Virus record (IMG/VR): IMGVR_UViG_3300031344_000003
Location: 1-38,814 of that record
Length of the DNA: 38,814 bases
Direction: 5' to 3' (one strand)
Source: a virus
Lineage: Duplodnaviria > Heunggongvirae > Uroviricota > Caudoviricetes
Shown here: piece by piece, positions 8,384 to 18,217 of the stretch
Numbering within the stretch: position 1 is the stretch's first letter
How the letters are laid out: the number at the start of each line of letters is the position of its first letter
Position numbers and translations under genes: made by a program
Notes under the pieces: generated by a model
The model's database searches: none
Seen by the model: only the letters and a program-made list of their open reading frames with translations
What the model was told of the DNA's origin: nothing

Positions 8384-9804
8384 TGGCGATAGCTTCGACA
8401 GTTTCATTCGGGACTTATGGGAAAGCGTTCCAAGAGAAGGTCATACAGGCCCTGCTCACCGACCGCCCGTGGGCCGAGCAGATGCAGGAAGTCATCGACA
8501 CTTCGTACTTTGACCTACGCTACCTGACGTTCCTCGCCGAGCACTACTTCAACTACGCCAAGAAGTACAAGGTGTTTCCGTCGTTGCAACTGCTCATCAC
8601 CATCATCCGTGACGAACTGAAGGTGGGCACTGACACCGTGCTCCGCGATCAGATCATCGAGTACTTGACGCGGATGCGCACCAGCCCCGACATGGGTGAC
8701 CTGCAGTACGTCAAGGAAAAGTCGCTCGACTTCTGTCGTAAGCAGGCACTGAAGCAGGCGTTGGGTGAGGCCGTCGAACAGATGCAGGACGGCAAGTACG
8801 AGCAGATCGTCGAGGGCATCAAGAAGGCCGTCTGCGTGGGCACTACACCCGCCTTGGGCCATGACTTCTTTCAGGACTATGAGGCCCGCTTCACCCGGCT
8901 GCAGCGTAACTGCGTGGCCACGGGCCTCGACGAGCTCGACCGCAAGGACATCCTCAATGGAGGTTTGGGTGGTGGTGAACTCGGCGTCATTGTCGCTCCG
9001 ACTGGGGTCGGCAAATCGCACTTCTTGACGTGGTTGGGTTGTCACGCGCTCCGTCGAGGCGTCGACGTGCTGCACTACACCTTCGAGCTGTCTGAGGCGG
9101 CGACGGGTCTACGTTACGACTCCAACCTCTGTGACATTGACTCCAACACCGTCATCGAGAACAAGGACAAGGTCATCGAGACGTATCGGACGGCGAAGAT
9201 GGGTCGGCTGATGATCAAGGAATTTCCTGCCAACACGGCGACGATCTACACTCTTCGTGCACACATGGAGCGGCTCGATCTCAAGGGCTTCAGCCCGGGC
9301 ATGCTGATCATTGACTACGCCGACATCATGCGGTCAACGCGTCAATACGACTCGCTGCGCCATGAACTGAAGTTGATCTATGAGGAATTACGTAGCTTCT
9401 CAATGGAGAAGAGGATCCCAGTATGGACCGCCAGTCAGAGCAATCGCGAAGGCAGCACGCAGGATGTCGTTGACCTCAATAACATGAGCGAAGCGTACGG
9501 GAAAGCGATGACTGCAGATGTTGTGTTGAGCCTGAGTCGGCGCACACACGAGAAGTCATCTGGTGAGGGGCGCCTCTGCGTGGCCAAGAACAGGTCGGGC
9601 AGAGATGGGCTGGTTTATCCGGTGCTGATTGACACCGCGCGGAGTAAGTTTGCCATAACGGGCGGAGTGATGGGCTTTCAAAAGGCGACTGACGACGATG
9701 AAAAGGAGAAGAAGCGACAGATCCGGGAGAAGTGGCTCGAACTCAAGCGAGAACCAGCATTCAATGAATCGCTCAAGCCCACTGCAACGCCGAGTGAAAG
9801 CTGA
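8383..9804 (+). CDS. dnaB: replicative DnaB/gp41-like SF4 helicase
   Basis: GELGVIVAPTGVGKS, HYTFELS, IIDYAD, WTASQSNR, AKNRSG. Confidence 0.92.
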   Translation: MAIASTVSFGTYGKAFQEKVIQALLTDRPWAEQMQEVIDTSYFDLRYLTFLAEHYFNYAKKYKVFPSLQLLITIIRDELKVGTDTVLRDQIIEYLTRMRTSPDMGDLQYVKEKSLDFCRKQALKQALGEAVEQMQDGKYEQIVEGIKKAVCVGTTPALGHDFFQDYEARFTRLQRNCVATGLDELDRKDILNGGLGGGELGVIVAPTGVGKSHFLTWLGCHALRRGVDVLHYTFELSEAATGLRYDSNLCDIDSNTVIENKDKVIETYRTAKMGRLMIKEFPANTATIYTLRAHMERLDLKGFSPGMLIIDYADIMRSTRQYDSLRHELKLIYEELRSFSMEKRIPVWTASQSNREGSTQDVVDLNNMSEAYGKAMTADVVLSLSRRTHEKSSGEGRLCVAKNRSGRDGLVYPVLIDTARSKFAITGGVMGFQKATDDDEKEKKRQIREKWLELKREPAFNESLKPTATPSES

Positions 9805-9940
9805 TGCTGATCATCACCCGAACTTTGCGCAAACCCTAAACCCGGGCAAGTTGCGTGATAGTTATGACCCTGGTAACGTGTCATCGGGCACCGCAAGTTA
9901 GCCCCCTGATATTCCACTTGGTCTCACAGGAGAGGGCAAA

Positions 9941-12448
9941 TTGACGACGACGTACACCTATGATGAGGCGCGTGACGCCTCGCTTACTTACTTTGACGGC
10001 GATGAGCTGGCGTCTGACGTTTTCGTTGGCAAGTATGCGCTGCAGGACTTGAAGGGCACGCTGTTCGAGCGCACGCCCGATGACATGCACGCCCGCGCTG
10101 CCCGAGAGTTTGCTCGCATCGAGGCCAACTACGCGAACCCACTGTCCAAGAGGGAGATTCAACGCCTGTTGTCATCGTGGGAAGTCGTCATGCAAGGCGG
10201 ACCCATGTCGGCGATAGGCAACCCCTACCAGGTGCAGTCGTTGAGCAATTGCTTCGTCATTGAGTCACCCTATGACAGCTATGGCGGCATCATGAAGGCT
10301 GACCAGGAGCAGGTGCAGATCATGAAGCGCCGCGGCGGCGTGGGTTTTGACATGTCGACGATTCGTCCGCAAGGCCTACCTGCTGCGAACGCGGCCCGGA
10401 CGACCGACGGCATTGGCATCTTCATGGAGCGATACAGCAACACCTGTCGCGAAGTGGCCCAAGGTGGCCGTCGTGGGGCACTGATGCTGACGATCAGCGT
10501 TCACCATCCCGAAGTACTGACCTTCGCCAACATCAAGCGCAACACCTTGAAGGTGACGGGTGCCAACGTGTCGGTGCGGGTGACCGACGACTTCATGAAC
10601 GCCGTCATCAATGATAAACAGTACCAGCAGCGCTTTCCCGTCGACGGCCCACCCGGTAAATTGGTCACCGAGCAGTGGGTCAGCGCCCGCGAAGTGTGGT
10701 ACAACATCATCGCGGCGATGCGTGACTGCAGCGAGCCCGGCATGCTATTCTGGGACACCGTGCAACGGATGGGCCCGGCAGATGCCTACGCACAGTTCGG
10801 CTATGGATCGGTGAGCACCAACCCGTGCGGCGAAATTCCCCTCTCGTGCTACGACAGTTGTCGGTTGATGCTGATGAACTTGTGGAAGTTTGTCCGTGAG
10901 CCCTTCACTCCTCGAGCCAAGTTTGACTTCGCCGCTTTCGAGGCATCGACTTACATAGCTCAACGGCTGATGGACGATCTCGTCGATCTGGAGCTCGAGG
11001 CCATCGATAGGATCTTGGCCAAGCTCGACGCTGACCCCGAACCCGCCGGTGTCAAACGCACTGAGGTCGAATTGTGGCACAAGATCAGGAACGCAGGCGC
11101 CAATGGCCGTCGCACTGGTCTGGGCATCACCGCACTGGGCGATTGCATCGCCGGCCTCAACATGCACTATGGCAGTGACGAGTCGATCGCGGTGACTGAC
11201 GCCGTCTATCGGACGCTGGCACTGTCGAGCTATCGCTCGTCCGTCGCCATGGCCAAGGAACGCGGTGCCTTTCCGATCTTTTCTCATGACGTGGAACGGG
11301 GCAATCCATTCATCCAGCGCATCATGGCCGAGGATTACTCCCTTCGTCGTGACTATGAACAATACGGCCGCCGCAACATCGCCAACACCACGACGGCCCC
11401 AGCAGGCAGCGTGTCGATCCTGACGCGGACAACGTCGGGCTGTGAGCCCGTGTTGTTCCTGAAGAGCCGTCGCAAGCGCAAGATCACCGCCGCTGACAAG
11501 CAGGCCCGCGTCGATGAGACCGATGCGTTGGGTGACCAGTGGCAGCACTATGACCTGTTTCATGCAGGGTTGACAGAGTGGATGCGAGTGACGGGCGAGA
11601 CCGACATCACCAAGTCGCCCTACCACGGTGCGACGGTCGAGTCGATCGATCCCCTGAAGAAGATCGCCGTGCAGGCCGCTGCACAGAAGTGGATCTGTCA
11701 CGCCATCAGCAATACCACTAACCTGCCCGAAGACGTCACGGTGGGCAGCGTCGAGGCCCTGTGCCTCCGCGCGTGGGAGACTGGGTGCAAGGGCGTCACC
11801 ATCTACCGCAAGAACAGCCGAGCCGCCGTCATCGTTGATGAAGCGTCGGCAAACGCGGGAGGACAACCGCTGGTCGTCACCGAGACCCACGCGCCCAAGC
11901 GGCCCAAGGAACTGGAGTGCGACGTGCACCGGGTCGCCGTCAAGGGTGAGCAACACCTCGTCCTGGTGGGCCTGTTGAACGGCTCGCCTTATGAGATCTT
12001 CGCGGGCCTGTCGGAGCAGGTCGAGGTGCCCAAGAAGGCCAAGCGAGGCACCCTGATCAAGAACGGTAAGAAGGATGGGTTGGCCACCTACAACCTGCGC
12101 ATTCCATTGGGTGATGATGACCAACTGTTATTGAGGGACGTGGTGTCGCTGTTCGACAATGCACTGCACGGCGCCTTCACCCGGACGTTGAGCCTGGCGC
12201 TGCGTCACGGCGTGCCCGTCCAGTACCTGGTCGAACAACTGCGCAAGGACAAGCACAGCGACATCACCTCGTTCAGCGCCGTCATCGCTCGGGTGTTGAA
12301 GGGCTACATTAAGGACGGTGCAGCGACGACGACTGACAAGGCATGCCCCAACTGTGGCGGTGCAACGCTGGTCTACCAACAGGGATGTGTGCAGTGTGTG
12401 GGTGGCATGTTGCCCAATGGAACGGCGTGCACGTGGAGCAAGTGCTGA
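9941..12448 (+). CDS. nrdJ: class II (AdoCbl-dependent) ribonucleotide reductase with C-terminal TSCPD-like and Zn-ribbon domains
   Basis: LSNCFV, GGVGFD, GGRRGALM, TNPCGEIPL, TAPAGSVS..T.SGCEP, ISNTTN, CKGVTIYR; TTG start with AGGAG SD. Confidence 0.9.
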   Translation: MTTTYTYDEARDASLTYFDGDELASDVFVGKYALQDLKGTLFERTPDDMHARAAREFARIEANYANPLSKREIQRLLSSWEVVMQGGPMSAIGNPYQVQSLSNCFVIESPYDSYGGIMKADQEQVQIMKRRGGVGFDMSTIRPQGLPAANAARTTDGIGIFMERYSNTCREVAQGGRRGALMLTISVHHPEVLTFANIKRNTLKVTGANVSVRVTDDFMNAVINDKQYQQRFPVDGPPGKLVTEQWVSAREVWYNIIAAMRDCSEPGMLFWDTVQRMGPADAYAQFGYGSVSTNPCGEIPLSCYDSCRLMLMNLWKFVREPFTPRAKFDFAAFEASTYIAQRLMDDLVDLELEAIDRILAKLDADPEPAGVKRTEVELWHKIRNAGANGRRTGLGITALGDCIAGLNMHYGSDESIAVTDAVYRTLALSSYRSSVAMAKERGAFPIFSHDVERGNPFIQRIMAEDYSLRRDYEQYGRRNIANTTTAPAGSVSILTRTTSGCEPVLFLKSRRKRKITAADKQARVDETDALGDQWQHYDLFHAGLTEWMRVTGETDITKSPYHGATVESIDPLKKIAVQAAAQKWICHAISNTTNLPEDVTVGSVEALCLRAWETGCKGVTIYRKNSRAAVIVDEASANAGGQPLVVTETHAPKRPKELECDVHRVAVKGEQHLVLVGLLNGSPYEIFAGLSEQVEVPKKAKRGTLIKNGKKDGLATYNLRIPLGDDDQLLLRDVVSLFDNALHGAFTRTLSLALRHGVPVQYLVEQLRKDKHSDITSFSAVIARVLKGYIKDGAATTTDKACPNCGGATLVYQQGCVQCVGGMLPNGTACTWSKC

Positions 12449-12455
12449 GCTGACC

Positions 12456-12475
12456 GATACTTATCGCTCAGGAGC
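12456..12475 (+). promoter_or_regulatory. TACTTA-class (putative late) promoter plus SD; exact 20-nt repeat of 28306..28325
   Basis: GATACTTATCGCTCAGGAGC occurs identically at both sites. Confidence 0.7.
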
Positions 12476-12481
12476 ACGCGC

Positions 12482-12850
12482 ATGAGGGTCAGTTACCGCG
12501 CACTGAAGAAGATCATCCGTGAAGTGGCGCTGTCGCCCTCCGTCTTCAAGAACAACCACGTGGTGCAGGATCCCATGGATCGGCCCAACATCGCGCAGGC
12601 ACTGACGGCGTTGGAGCAGCCCTTCAAGACTGGGTTGGAGACCAACCTCGTCCTCGATGCCCGTGACAGCTACGACGAGGAGACGCGGGAGCTCGACGAT
12701 GCCGAATACGCGAGGATCAAGGACGTGGCGGCGAAGGCGACTGAGTTGATGCTGGCTCGCGCCCACAAGGCGGTGCAGGCGTCGTGGGCCGAGGCGATGA
12801 AGGGCGTGGGCAGCGCCGACAAAGCAACCGTACAGAAGAAGGTGGCGTGA
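12482..12850 (+). CDS. hypothetical protein with shared N-terminal leader (putative virion protein)
   Basis: MRVSYRALKKIIRE. Confidence 0.75.
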   Translation: MRVSYRALKKIIREVALSPSVFKNNHVVQDPMDRPNIAQALTALEQPFKTGLETNLVLDARDSYDEETRELDDAEYARIKDVAAKATELMLARAHKAVQASWAEAMKGVGSADKATVQKKVA

Positions 12851-13101
12851 TGGCAAAGGTAATCAAGCTAACGCAGGAGCAGCTCAGGAATCTCATCAAG
12901 GAAGGGATTAGTACCGGCGAAGTGCGTGCAATGACCCATCACCTACAAGACATTAAACGCTCTCTTGGGCGGATGGGTGCTATTCAACAAGGCATTGGAT
13001 ATGGCAATACGACATCCGAGATCTCCAGTGCACTCGATGCGCTTAAAAGTGCCATCGATGAAGTCGACGAAGTGCTCATTCAGGCACTCGGAGGTAAGTG
13101 A
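12850..13101 (+). CDS. hypothetical protein with shared N-terminal leader
   Basis: TGATG coupling; MAKVIKLTQEQLRNLIKE. Confidence 0.75.
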   Translation: MAKVIKLTQEQLRNLIKEGISTGEVRAMTHHLQDIKRSLGRMGAIQQGIGYGNTTSEISSALDALKSAIDEVDEVLIQALGGK

Positions 13102-13445
13102 TGGTAAAGTTGTCAGTGAAACAACTGCGGAATCTCATTCGTGAAGCCGGTGAAGGTCTGAAGACCCCTTCTCGGCACATGAGGTGGGGCACATGGATGG
13201 TTGCATGGGGCGTAGCGCTAGCCGATGCAGGTGTCAACCAAGAGGATCTGCCGATCTTCGACGTCGTTGATGAGGACATGGGACAACTTGCTCTGGAGAA
13301 GATGTGGGGCGACTTCTTCGATAAGGGCAAGTCACCTGAAGAAGCCGTAGCACTGGCGATGGATCGTGATGCGTTCGCTGCTGACTATTACGATCCCTAC
13401 ATCGACGAATTCACTAGTGAACTTGAACACGCTGGGAGGCTGTGA
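13101..13445 (+). CDS. hypothetical protein with shared N-terminal leader
   Basis: TGATG coupling; MVKLSVKQLRNLIRE. Confidence 0.75.
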   Translation: MVKLSVKQLRNLIREAGEGLKTPSRHMRWGTWMVAWGVALADAGVNQEDLPIFDVVDEDMGQLALEKMWGDFFDKGKSPEEAVALAMDRDAFAADYYDPYIDEFTSELEHAGRL

Positions 13446-13449
13446 TCCA

Positions 13450-13743
13450 TTGAAATCCACGGTGGGCCAGCTGCGCCGCATCCTCTTTGAAGAGGCACCT
13501 CCGCGCGTGCTGCACGAGGCCTACCTCAACGGCGTGCCCGAGTGGCAGCTCCGCCAAGATACCACCGACTACGTTGACCAGATCCGCGTCCGCATCAAGC
13601 AGTTCATCCTGCTGAACAAGAGCCAGAGCTCGTCAGACCAGCGTGAGGCCATCAACGCCATGAACGACGTCTGTGATGAACTCGAGATGAAACTCTATGA
13701 CCAACTGGAAAATAGTCTCTTCGACTTCACGCGGCGAGTTTGA
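13450..13743 (+). CDS. hypothetical protein with shared N-terminal leader (TTG start)
   Basis: GGGAGG SD; MKSTVGQLRRILFEE. Confidence 0.65.
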   Translation: MKSTVGQLRRILFEEAPPRVLHEAYLNGVPEWQLRQDTTDYVDQIRVRIKQFILLNKSQSSSDQREAINAMNDVCDELEMKLYDQLENSLFDFTRRV

Positions 13744-13783
13744 GGTACGTTCATAATCGTCAGTGAACAGCCTAGTTATCAGT

Positions 13784-13996
13784 ATGACCCTCCTAATGCT
13801 GTTCGCCGCCGTCCTCATCTTTGCACTTTTCATTTGGATTGCCAGCATCGTGCCGGTGCCTGCAAAGATGCCCTGGCTCCGTACCATCTTCTACATTTTC
13901 ATCGCGCTGGTCGCGATCGTCCTTTTGGCGCAGTTCGCCGGCTGCACTGACCTGGGCCTCAACCACAGCATCGGCGTCGGCCACCGCGCCAACTAA
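13784..13996 (+). CDS. small two-TM membrane protein
   Basis: Two hydrophobic stretches; CCTAGTTA motif 5 nt upstream of ATG. Confidence 0.7.
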   Translation: MTLLMLFAAVLIFALFIWIASIVPVPAKMPWLRTIFYIFIALVAIVLLAQFAGCTDLGLNHSIGVGHRAN

Positions 13997-14001
13997 TTGC
14001 C

Positions 14002-14030
14002 TTGACCATCTCGCCCACCCGGTATAGGGT
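14002..14030 (+). promoter_or_regulatory. sigma70-like promoter, probably leaderless
   Basis: TTGACC-N17-TAGGGT-N6-ATG. Confidence 0.65.
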
Positions 14031-14036
14031 GTGGCG

Positions 14037-14360
14037 ATGGACCTTGAAGAGCACTACGTAGCCTGCGCCTGCAGTGACTTCAACCACGTCTTTCGCTTCG
14101 TCTTTGACCCCGACGACGGCGACCTGTGGTTGGAGGTGCAGTTGCGCCAGTGGCGACCCTGGTACAAGCGTGCGTGGATTGCACTGCGCTATGCCTTCGG
14201 TCTGCAACAGGCCTATGGCCACTATGACGTCACGGTGCTGAAATCAGCCGACTTCGCGCGGTTGCATGCGCTGCTCGATCGCGCCGAGGCCTTTGACCGT
14301 GCCCGCTCGGCCGCCGCGGCCCTTGGTTCACTGCAGAATAAACCCGTGTTGAAAGGATAG
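14037..14360 (+). CDS. hypothetical phage protein
   Basis: C.C....H..RF...WYKR.W.A..Y.FG pattern; promoter spacing. Confidence 0.7.
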   Translation: MDLEEHYVACACSDFNHVFRFVFDPDDGDLWLEVQLRQWRPWYKRAWIALRYAFGLQQAYGHYDVTVLKSADFARLHALLDRAEAFDRARSAAAALGSLQNKPVLKG

Positions 14361-14368
14361 GTTCTCCA

Positions 14369-15280
14369 ATGGCCTACAATGCAAAGGTGCTGTGTGATAG
14401 CCTGAGTCCTGATGGCGTGCGACTCATCACGATGGAGGTGACATTCGCGAGATGTGTCCTCGCTGAGATAAATACGCATAGGGCATTTTCCCGTAACAGC
14501 GCATCATCCCGTGCAATCCCGATTGCAAAGATGTTGCAAAGAGTACAGGATGATCCTTTCATCCCCATTTATTGGGGGCGCAATCAAAGCGGGATGCAGG
14601 CGAATGAAGAGTTGACACCTGAAGCACAAGCGCTAGCACTAGAACAGTGGTTGTTGGCTCGTGATAACGCTGTGAAAACGGTGGAACGTCTTCAGTCGCC
14701 CGACATCAACCTTCACAAACAGATCGCTAATCGGCTACTAGAACCCTTTCTTTATCATACTGCAATCATAAGTGCCACCGAGTGGGGCAATTTCTGGGGC
14801 TTGCGCTGTCACCCCGCCGCGCAGCCCGAGATCAGGAAGGCCGCCGACTTGATGCGCGCCGAGTACGATGCATCGGAACCCTTTCCCGTCAACTATGGCG
14901 ACTGGCACCTGCCGCTCGTGCGCCACGCCGAGGCCTTCGACCTGCAGGTCAACGGCATGTCGCTCGACGACGTCGTCAAGGTGTCTGCGGGTAGGTGTGC
15001 CCGGGTGTCGTACCTGACTCATGCTGGGATAAGAGATCCGAAGGCCGACATTGAACTGTGCGATAGGTTGGTGAGCTCGGGCCACATGAGTCCGCTCGAG
15101 CACGTCGCTAGGCCGATGACGCGTGAAGACGCTGAGCGGTTGGTATGCGCCAGTGTTGATTTACCCGCTCGTCACTACATCGACATCAAGCAGGTGTTCT
15201 GTGGCAATTACAGAGGGTGGGTACAAGCGCGCAAGGAACTGCAACACGAGGCCGACTTCTCTGCACGTCCGTCAGTTTGA
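14369..15280 (+). CDS. thyX: flavin-dependent thymidylate synthase-like protein
   Basis: THRAFSRNSASSR (variant of the RHRx7S motif), GRCARVSY, HMSPLEH. Confidence 0.75.
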   Translation: MAYNAKVLCDSLSPDGVRLITMEVTFARCVLAEINTHRAFSRNSASSRAIPIAKMLQRVQDDPFIPIYWGRNQSGMQANEELTPEAQALALEQWLLARDNAVKTVERLQSPDINLHKQIANRLLEPFLYHTAIISATEWGNFWGLRCHPAAQPEIRKAADLMRAEYDASEPFPVNYGDWHLPLVRHAEAFDLQVNGMSLDDVVKVSAGRCARVSYLTHAGIRDPKADIELCDRLVSSGHMSPLEHVARPMTREDAERLVCASVDLPARHYIDIKQVFCGNYRGWVQARKELQHEADFSARPSV

Positions 15281-15309
15281 TTATCGTTTTAGAGGGTCCT
15301 GAAATATAA
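15277..15309 (+). pseudogene. 10-codon remnant resembling a dTMP kinase N-terminus
   Basis: TTGA overlap with thyX stop; reads MIIVLEGPEI*; compare AFEGPD in the intact tmk 100 nt downstream. Confidence 0.45.
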
Positions 15310-15380
15310 TTTGTTAACATATGAACAACTTGCGCTAATGACAGACGTTACATGGAATAAAGGAGCAAAGGAATACATTG

Positions 15381-15992
15381 ATGAAAAATGCAATAACGCT
15401 GGCATTTGAAGGGCCCGATCGGCACGGAAAATCGACGCAGGCCAAGTTGCTGCACGAGGCATGCCTTGCCGCTGGGTACAAGGCCATCCTCGTCAAGGTA
15501 CCCACCGATTCCTGCACTCGGACGCACCGCTTGATCTACGCCATGTTGGCCAACGGTTGGGCACGCAAGGTGCCACACCTGTTTCAACTGGTGCACTTTC
15601 TCAACAAGTTGCTGTTTCAATTGCTGTACTTGCCCATCATGTTGAAGTGGTGTGACATCGTCATCCTCGATCGTTGGGCGCTGTCGGCGACGGTGTACGG
15701 TACCGTCGACGGTGCCAATCGCTGGTTCTCACGCGCGCTGTTCTCCCTGTTGAAGAAGCCCGACATCACTGTTGTTTTTCACGGTGCGCCTTTCAAGCGG
15801 GCGTCGGTCGACGATTCCTACGAGAAGGACGGCGGCTTTCAACAGCGCGTCGCGCAGGGGTACGTTGACTGGGCGATGGAACACCCGTTTGATCACACGT
15901 TGATCAACAATCAGTTCAAGGATGTCAATGGCATTCACAGCGACATCATCACTCGACTCCTTCAACGCGGCTTGATACGTGGTGTGAAGTGA
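15381..15992 (+). CDS. tmk: thymidylate (dNMP) kinase
   Basis: FEGPDRHGKSTQ P-loop, ILDRW..S..VYG, PDITV; AAGGA SD. Confidence 0.88.
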   Translation: MKNAITLAFEGPDRHGKSTQAKLLHEACLAAGYKAILVKVPTDSCTRTHRLIYAMLANGWARKVPHLFQLVHFLNKLLFQLLYLPIMLKWCDIVILDRWALSATVYGTVDGANRWFSRALFSLLKKPDITVVFHGAPFKRASVDDSYEKDGGFQQRVAQGYVDWAMEHPFDHTLINNQFKDVNGIHSDIITRLLQRGLIRGVK

Positions 15993-16597
15993 TCTTCGAT
16001 TGTCTCGTCGCCGACCCGCCTTGGGCCTTTGACGACAAGTTGGCGCGGATGAAGTCGCCCACTCGCCGCGGCGCCGCATCGCAGTACTCGACGTTGTCGC
16101 TGGCCGACATTGCAGCACTGAAGGTGCAGGACCTGATCAATCCTGCCGGTTGTGTGCTGGCGCTGTGGGTGCCGTCAACGCTGCTGCTCGACGGGCTCCG
16201 GGTGATGCAGGCTTGGGGGTTCTCTCCCAAGAGCACCGTCATCTGGGTCAAGACGTCAAAGAAGGCGCAGCCCATCGACGTGGCGACGGGTGACGGCCTG
16301 GCCTTCGGCATGGGGCGGACGTTCAGGCAATCGCACGAGCTGGCGCTGATCGGCACCGCGGGTAAGAGCGTCTATCCGACGATGCAGGATCACTCGCAGC
16401 GGTCGGTCATCTTTGCGCCCAACATGGGCCATAGCCAGAAGCCCGATGAGCTGCAACTGCGCCTCGAGAAAATGTGGCCTGACGCTCAGAGGTTGGAACT
16501 GTTCGCCCGGCGCTCGCTGCTCAATTGGACGTGCGTGGGCGATGGAATTGACGGCCTCGACATTCGCGACGCTATACAAAAGCTCACAGCGCTGTAA
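15989..16597 (+). CDS. MT-A70-family adenine methyltransferase
   Basis: ADPPW, YSTL, LALWV, WVKT, HSQKP, LELFARR. Confidence 0.88.
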   Translation: MIFDCLVADPPWAFDDKLARMKSPTRRGAASQYSTLSLADIAALKVQDLINPAGCVLALWVPSTLLLDGLRVMQAWGFSPKSTVIWVKTSKKAQPIDVATGDGLAFGMGRTFRQSHELALIGTAGKSVYPTMQDHSQRSVIFAPNMGHSQKPDELQLRLEKMWPDAQRLELFARRSLLNWTCVGDGIDGLDIRDAIQKLTAL

Positions 16598-16606
16598 GAT
16601 CTGCAC

Positions 16607-16915
16607 ATGAAACGAGATTACTCAAAGCGCACGAGCACGATGTACGATGATCGTGACGGCGACACCTTGACGACGTTGAGCGCGCCTCTCATCAAGACGT
16701 GTGACAGCGAGAAGCCCATCATGACGTTCTTCTTGATGCCGGTGTCGGGGACGGTGCCGACGTCACAGCATGGACAACCCGCGATTGGTTTTGAAATCAT
16801 CGGTTACGTGAGACTGGACGCATTATCGAGGGACCTGCAGGCCGCCGTCCGCAAAGAGCTACATACCCGCCCACCAACCGCGCCATTGGGCACGCGCACA
16901 GGAGATGCAGGATGA
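16607..16915 (+). CDS. hypothetical protein
   Basis: TAAGAT (overlapping upstream TAA) 6 nt before ATG. Confidence 0.6.
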   Translation: MKRDYSKRTSTMYDDRDGDTLTTLSAPLIKTCDSEKPIMTFFLMPVSGTVPTSQHGQPAIGFEIIGYVRLDALSRDLQAAVRKELHTRPPTAPLGTRTGDAG

Positions 16916-17418
16916 CATGTGTAGTCAGTGCTGTTGATGGTGATAAAGTCGTGATGATGGGTGATCATTCCTATATGCAGACGGATCATCATACCATGAA
17001 TGGTTGCAAAAAGGTCTTAAAGTCGGGTGAATTCATATGTGGTTTTGCAGGGTTTATTGACCCTGCAATGGCAACACTTAATGCCATTGAAAAAACACCG
17101 CTAATTGGGAAAACGCTTGACGAGCGCCGGAATGAATTACTTGCTAGATTTAATAAAGTTCAACCTGTACGTGCCAATAACACCTATCTAGTGGGACACA
17201 AAGGTAAGCTCTACACCGTTCTACCTAACACTGTGTTAGAGTCGAATGTTGGTTTCATTGGATCAGACGTAAATCTGTACGCAATCGTGTATAAATACGC
17301 CATCGCGAGGGGCGACAGCGTGAAAGTTGCGCTGGCATCAACAATCGTGTTTGCCGCAGATTATCTGCCTAGATATGTAGTTCTCGATCATGAAGGACCA
17401 ACGATTGAAGAAGTTTGA
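16912..17418 (+). CDS. HslV/proteasome-like Ntn-hydrolase
   Basis: M-T-C-V start (Thr2), VVMMGD, KKV..SGEFICGFAG pattern. Confidence 0.5.
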   Translation: MTCVVSAVDGDKVVMMGDHSYMQTDHHTMNGCKKVLKSGEFICGFAGFIDPAMATLNAIEKTPLIGKTLDERRNELLARFNKVQPVRANNTYLVGHKGKLYTVLPNTVLESNVGFIGSDVNLYAIVYKYAIARGDSVKVALASTIVFAADYLPRYVVLDHEGPTIEEV

Positions 17419-18205
17419 CGGCGTTCGCTTCTATGGCTACAAGCACTGGACGCTTGAGGCAGTGCCGCGTTGTTTCAACGTGGGCAAGGGTGTTATAGGT
17501 CGTTCTGACGTTGACCGTGGGCGTAATCACAAGTGGCACGCCATGGTCAAACGCCTTGGTCTCCGTGTTGAGGTCTGCATCGGCCCGGTGACCAATGAAG
17601 AGGCATGTGCTTGGGAGATTGAGTGGATTGCTAAGGAGAACACTTTCTCAACCAACCACTCACATGATGATCCCAATGACATCGGATGCAATTTCACGAA
17701 GGGTGGTGGGGGCGTTGTAGGACGTCCTCAAACAGATGAAGAACGTCGTAAACGGCGCGCAAGTTTGAAAGTTACATATGAATCGCCTGAACTTCGTCAA
17801 GGGCAAAGTGCATTGCAGAAGGATCACTGGTCAGACGATGAACGTAAGCAAGCGCATGTTCGTGGTATTAAGGCTCAAGCGAACACCCCTGAAACGTTGG
17901 CGAAGAAAAGAGCGGCTACAACGAAGAGTTGGGAAAATGAAGAGACGCGGCAAAAGCATGAGGCGGGCAATGCTCGACGTTGGAGCGATCCTGCTGAACG
18001 AGAACGTCATGGTAAGGCAATACAATTGGCTGCTCAGGCTCCCGGCGCTAGAGAACGACGTGTACAAGCCGCGCGTGAAATCAATAGTCGTCCTGAGGTC
18101 AAACGCATAAAGAGCGCAAAGATGACAGCAATATGGGTTATACGCAAAGTCAAGGCGTTTAGAGAAAAATCACACACGTGGCTTACACATCAACGCAAGG
18201 TGTAG
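17390..18205 (+). CDS. free-standing GIY-YIG-like homing endonuclease (start could be TTG 17405)
   Basis: FYGYKH...FNVGKG...R, EEACAWEIEWI, NFTKGGGG, NUMOD-like T.E.R.K tail. Confidence 0.72.
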   Translation: MKDQRLKKFDGVRFYGYKHWTLEAVPRCFNVGKGVIGRSDVDRGRNHKWHAMVKRLGLRVEVCIGPVTNEEACAWEIEWIAKENTFSTNHSHDDPNDIGCNFTKGGGGVVGRPQTDEERRKRRASLKVTYESPELRQGQSALQKDHWSDDERKQAHVRGIKAQANTPETLAKKRAATTKSWENEETRQKHEAGNARRWSDPAERERHGKAIQLAAQAPGARERRVQAAREINSRPEVKRIKSAKMTAIWVIRKVKAFREKSHTWLTHQRKV

Positions 18206-18217
18206 TAGAGATAGAAT

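Noticed and set aside
9805-9940. Cobalamin riboswitch or NrdR boxes upstream of nrdJ; TTTGCGCAAA palindrome at 9824..9833
   Set aside because: No B12-box or NrdR consensus recognisable; a single 10-bp palindrome is weak evidence.
10745-12124. 459-aa minus-strand ORF (and similar long antisense ORFs at 8515, 21617, 22593, 23944, 24805, 28733)
   Set aside because: They mirror well-supported plus-strand genes, lack SD/promoter or motifs, and are the expected shadow ORFs of GC-rich codon usage.
4743-12448. Inteins or group I introns in recA, dnaB, nrdJ (also dnaE)
   Set aside because: Proteins are of normal length with continuous motifs; no C-terminal HN-[CST] splice junction or embedded endonuclease seen.
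15277-15420. Gene-60-like translational bypass joining the MIIVLEGP stub to tmk
   Set aside because: Any matched take-off/landing codon would duplicate the EGP motif, and tmk has its own SD and start.
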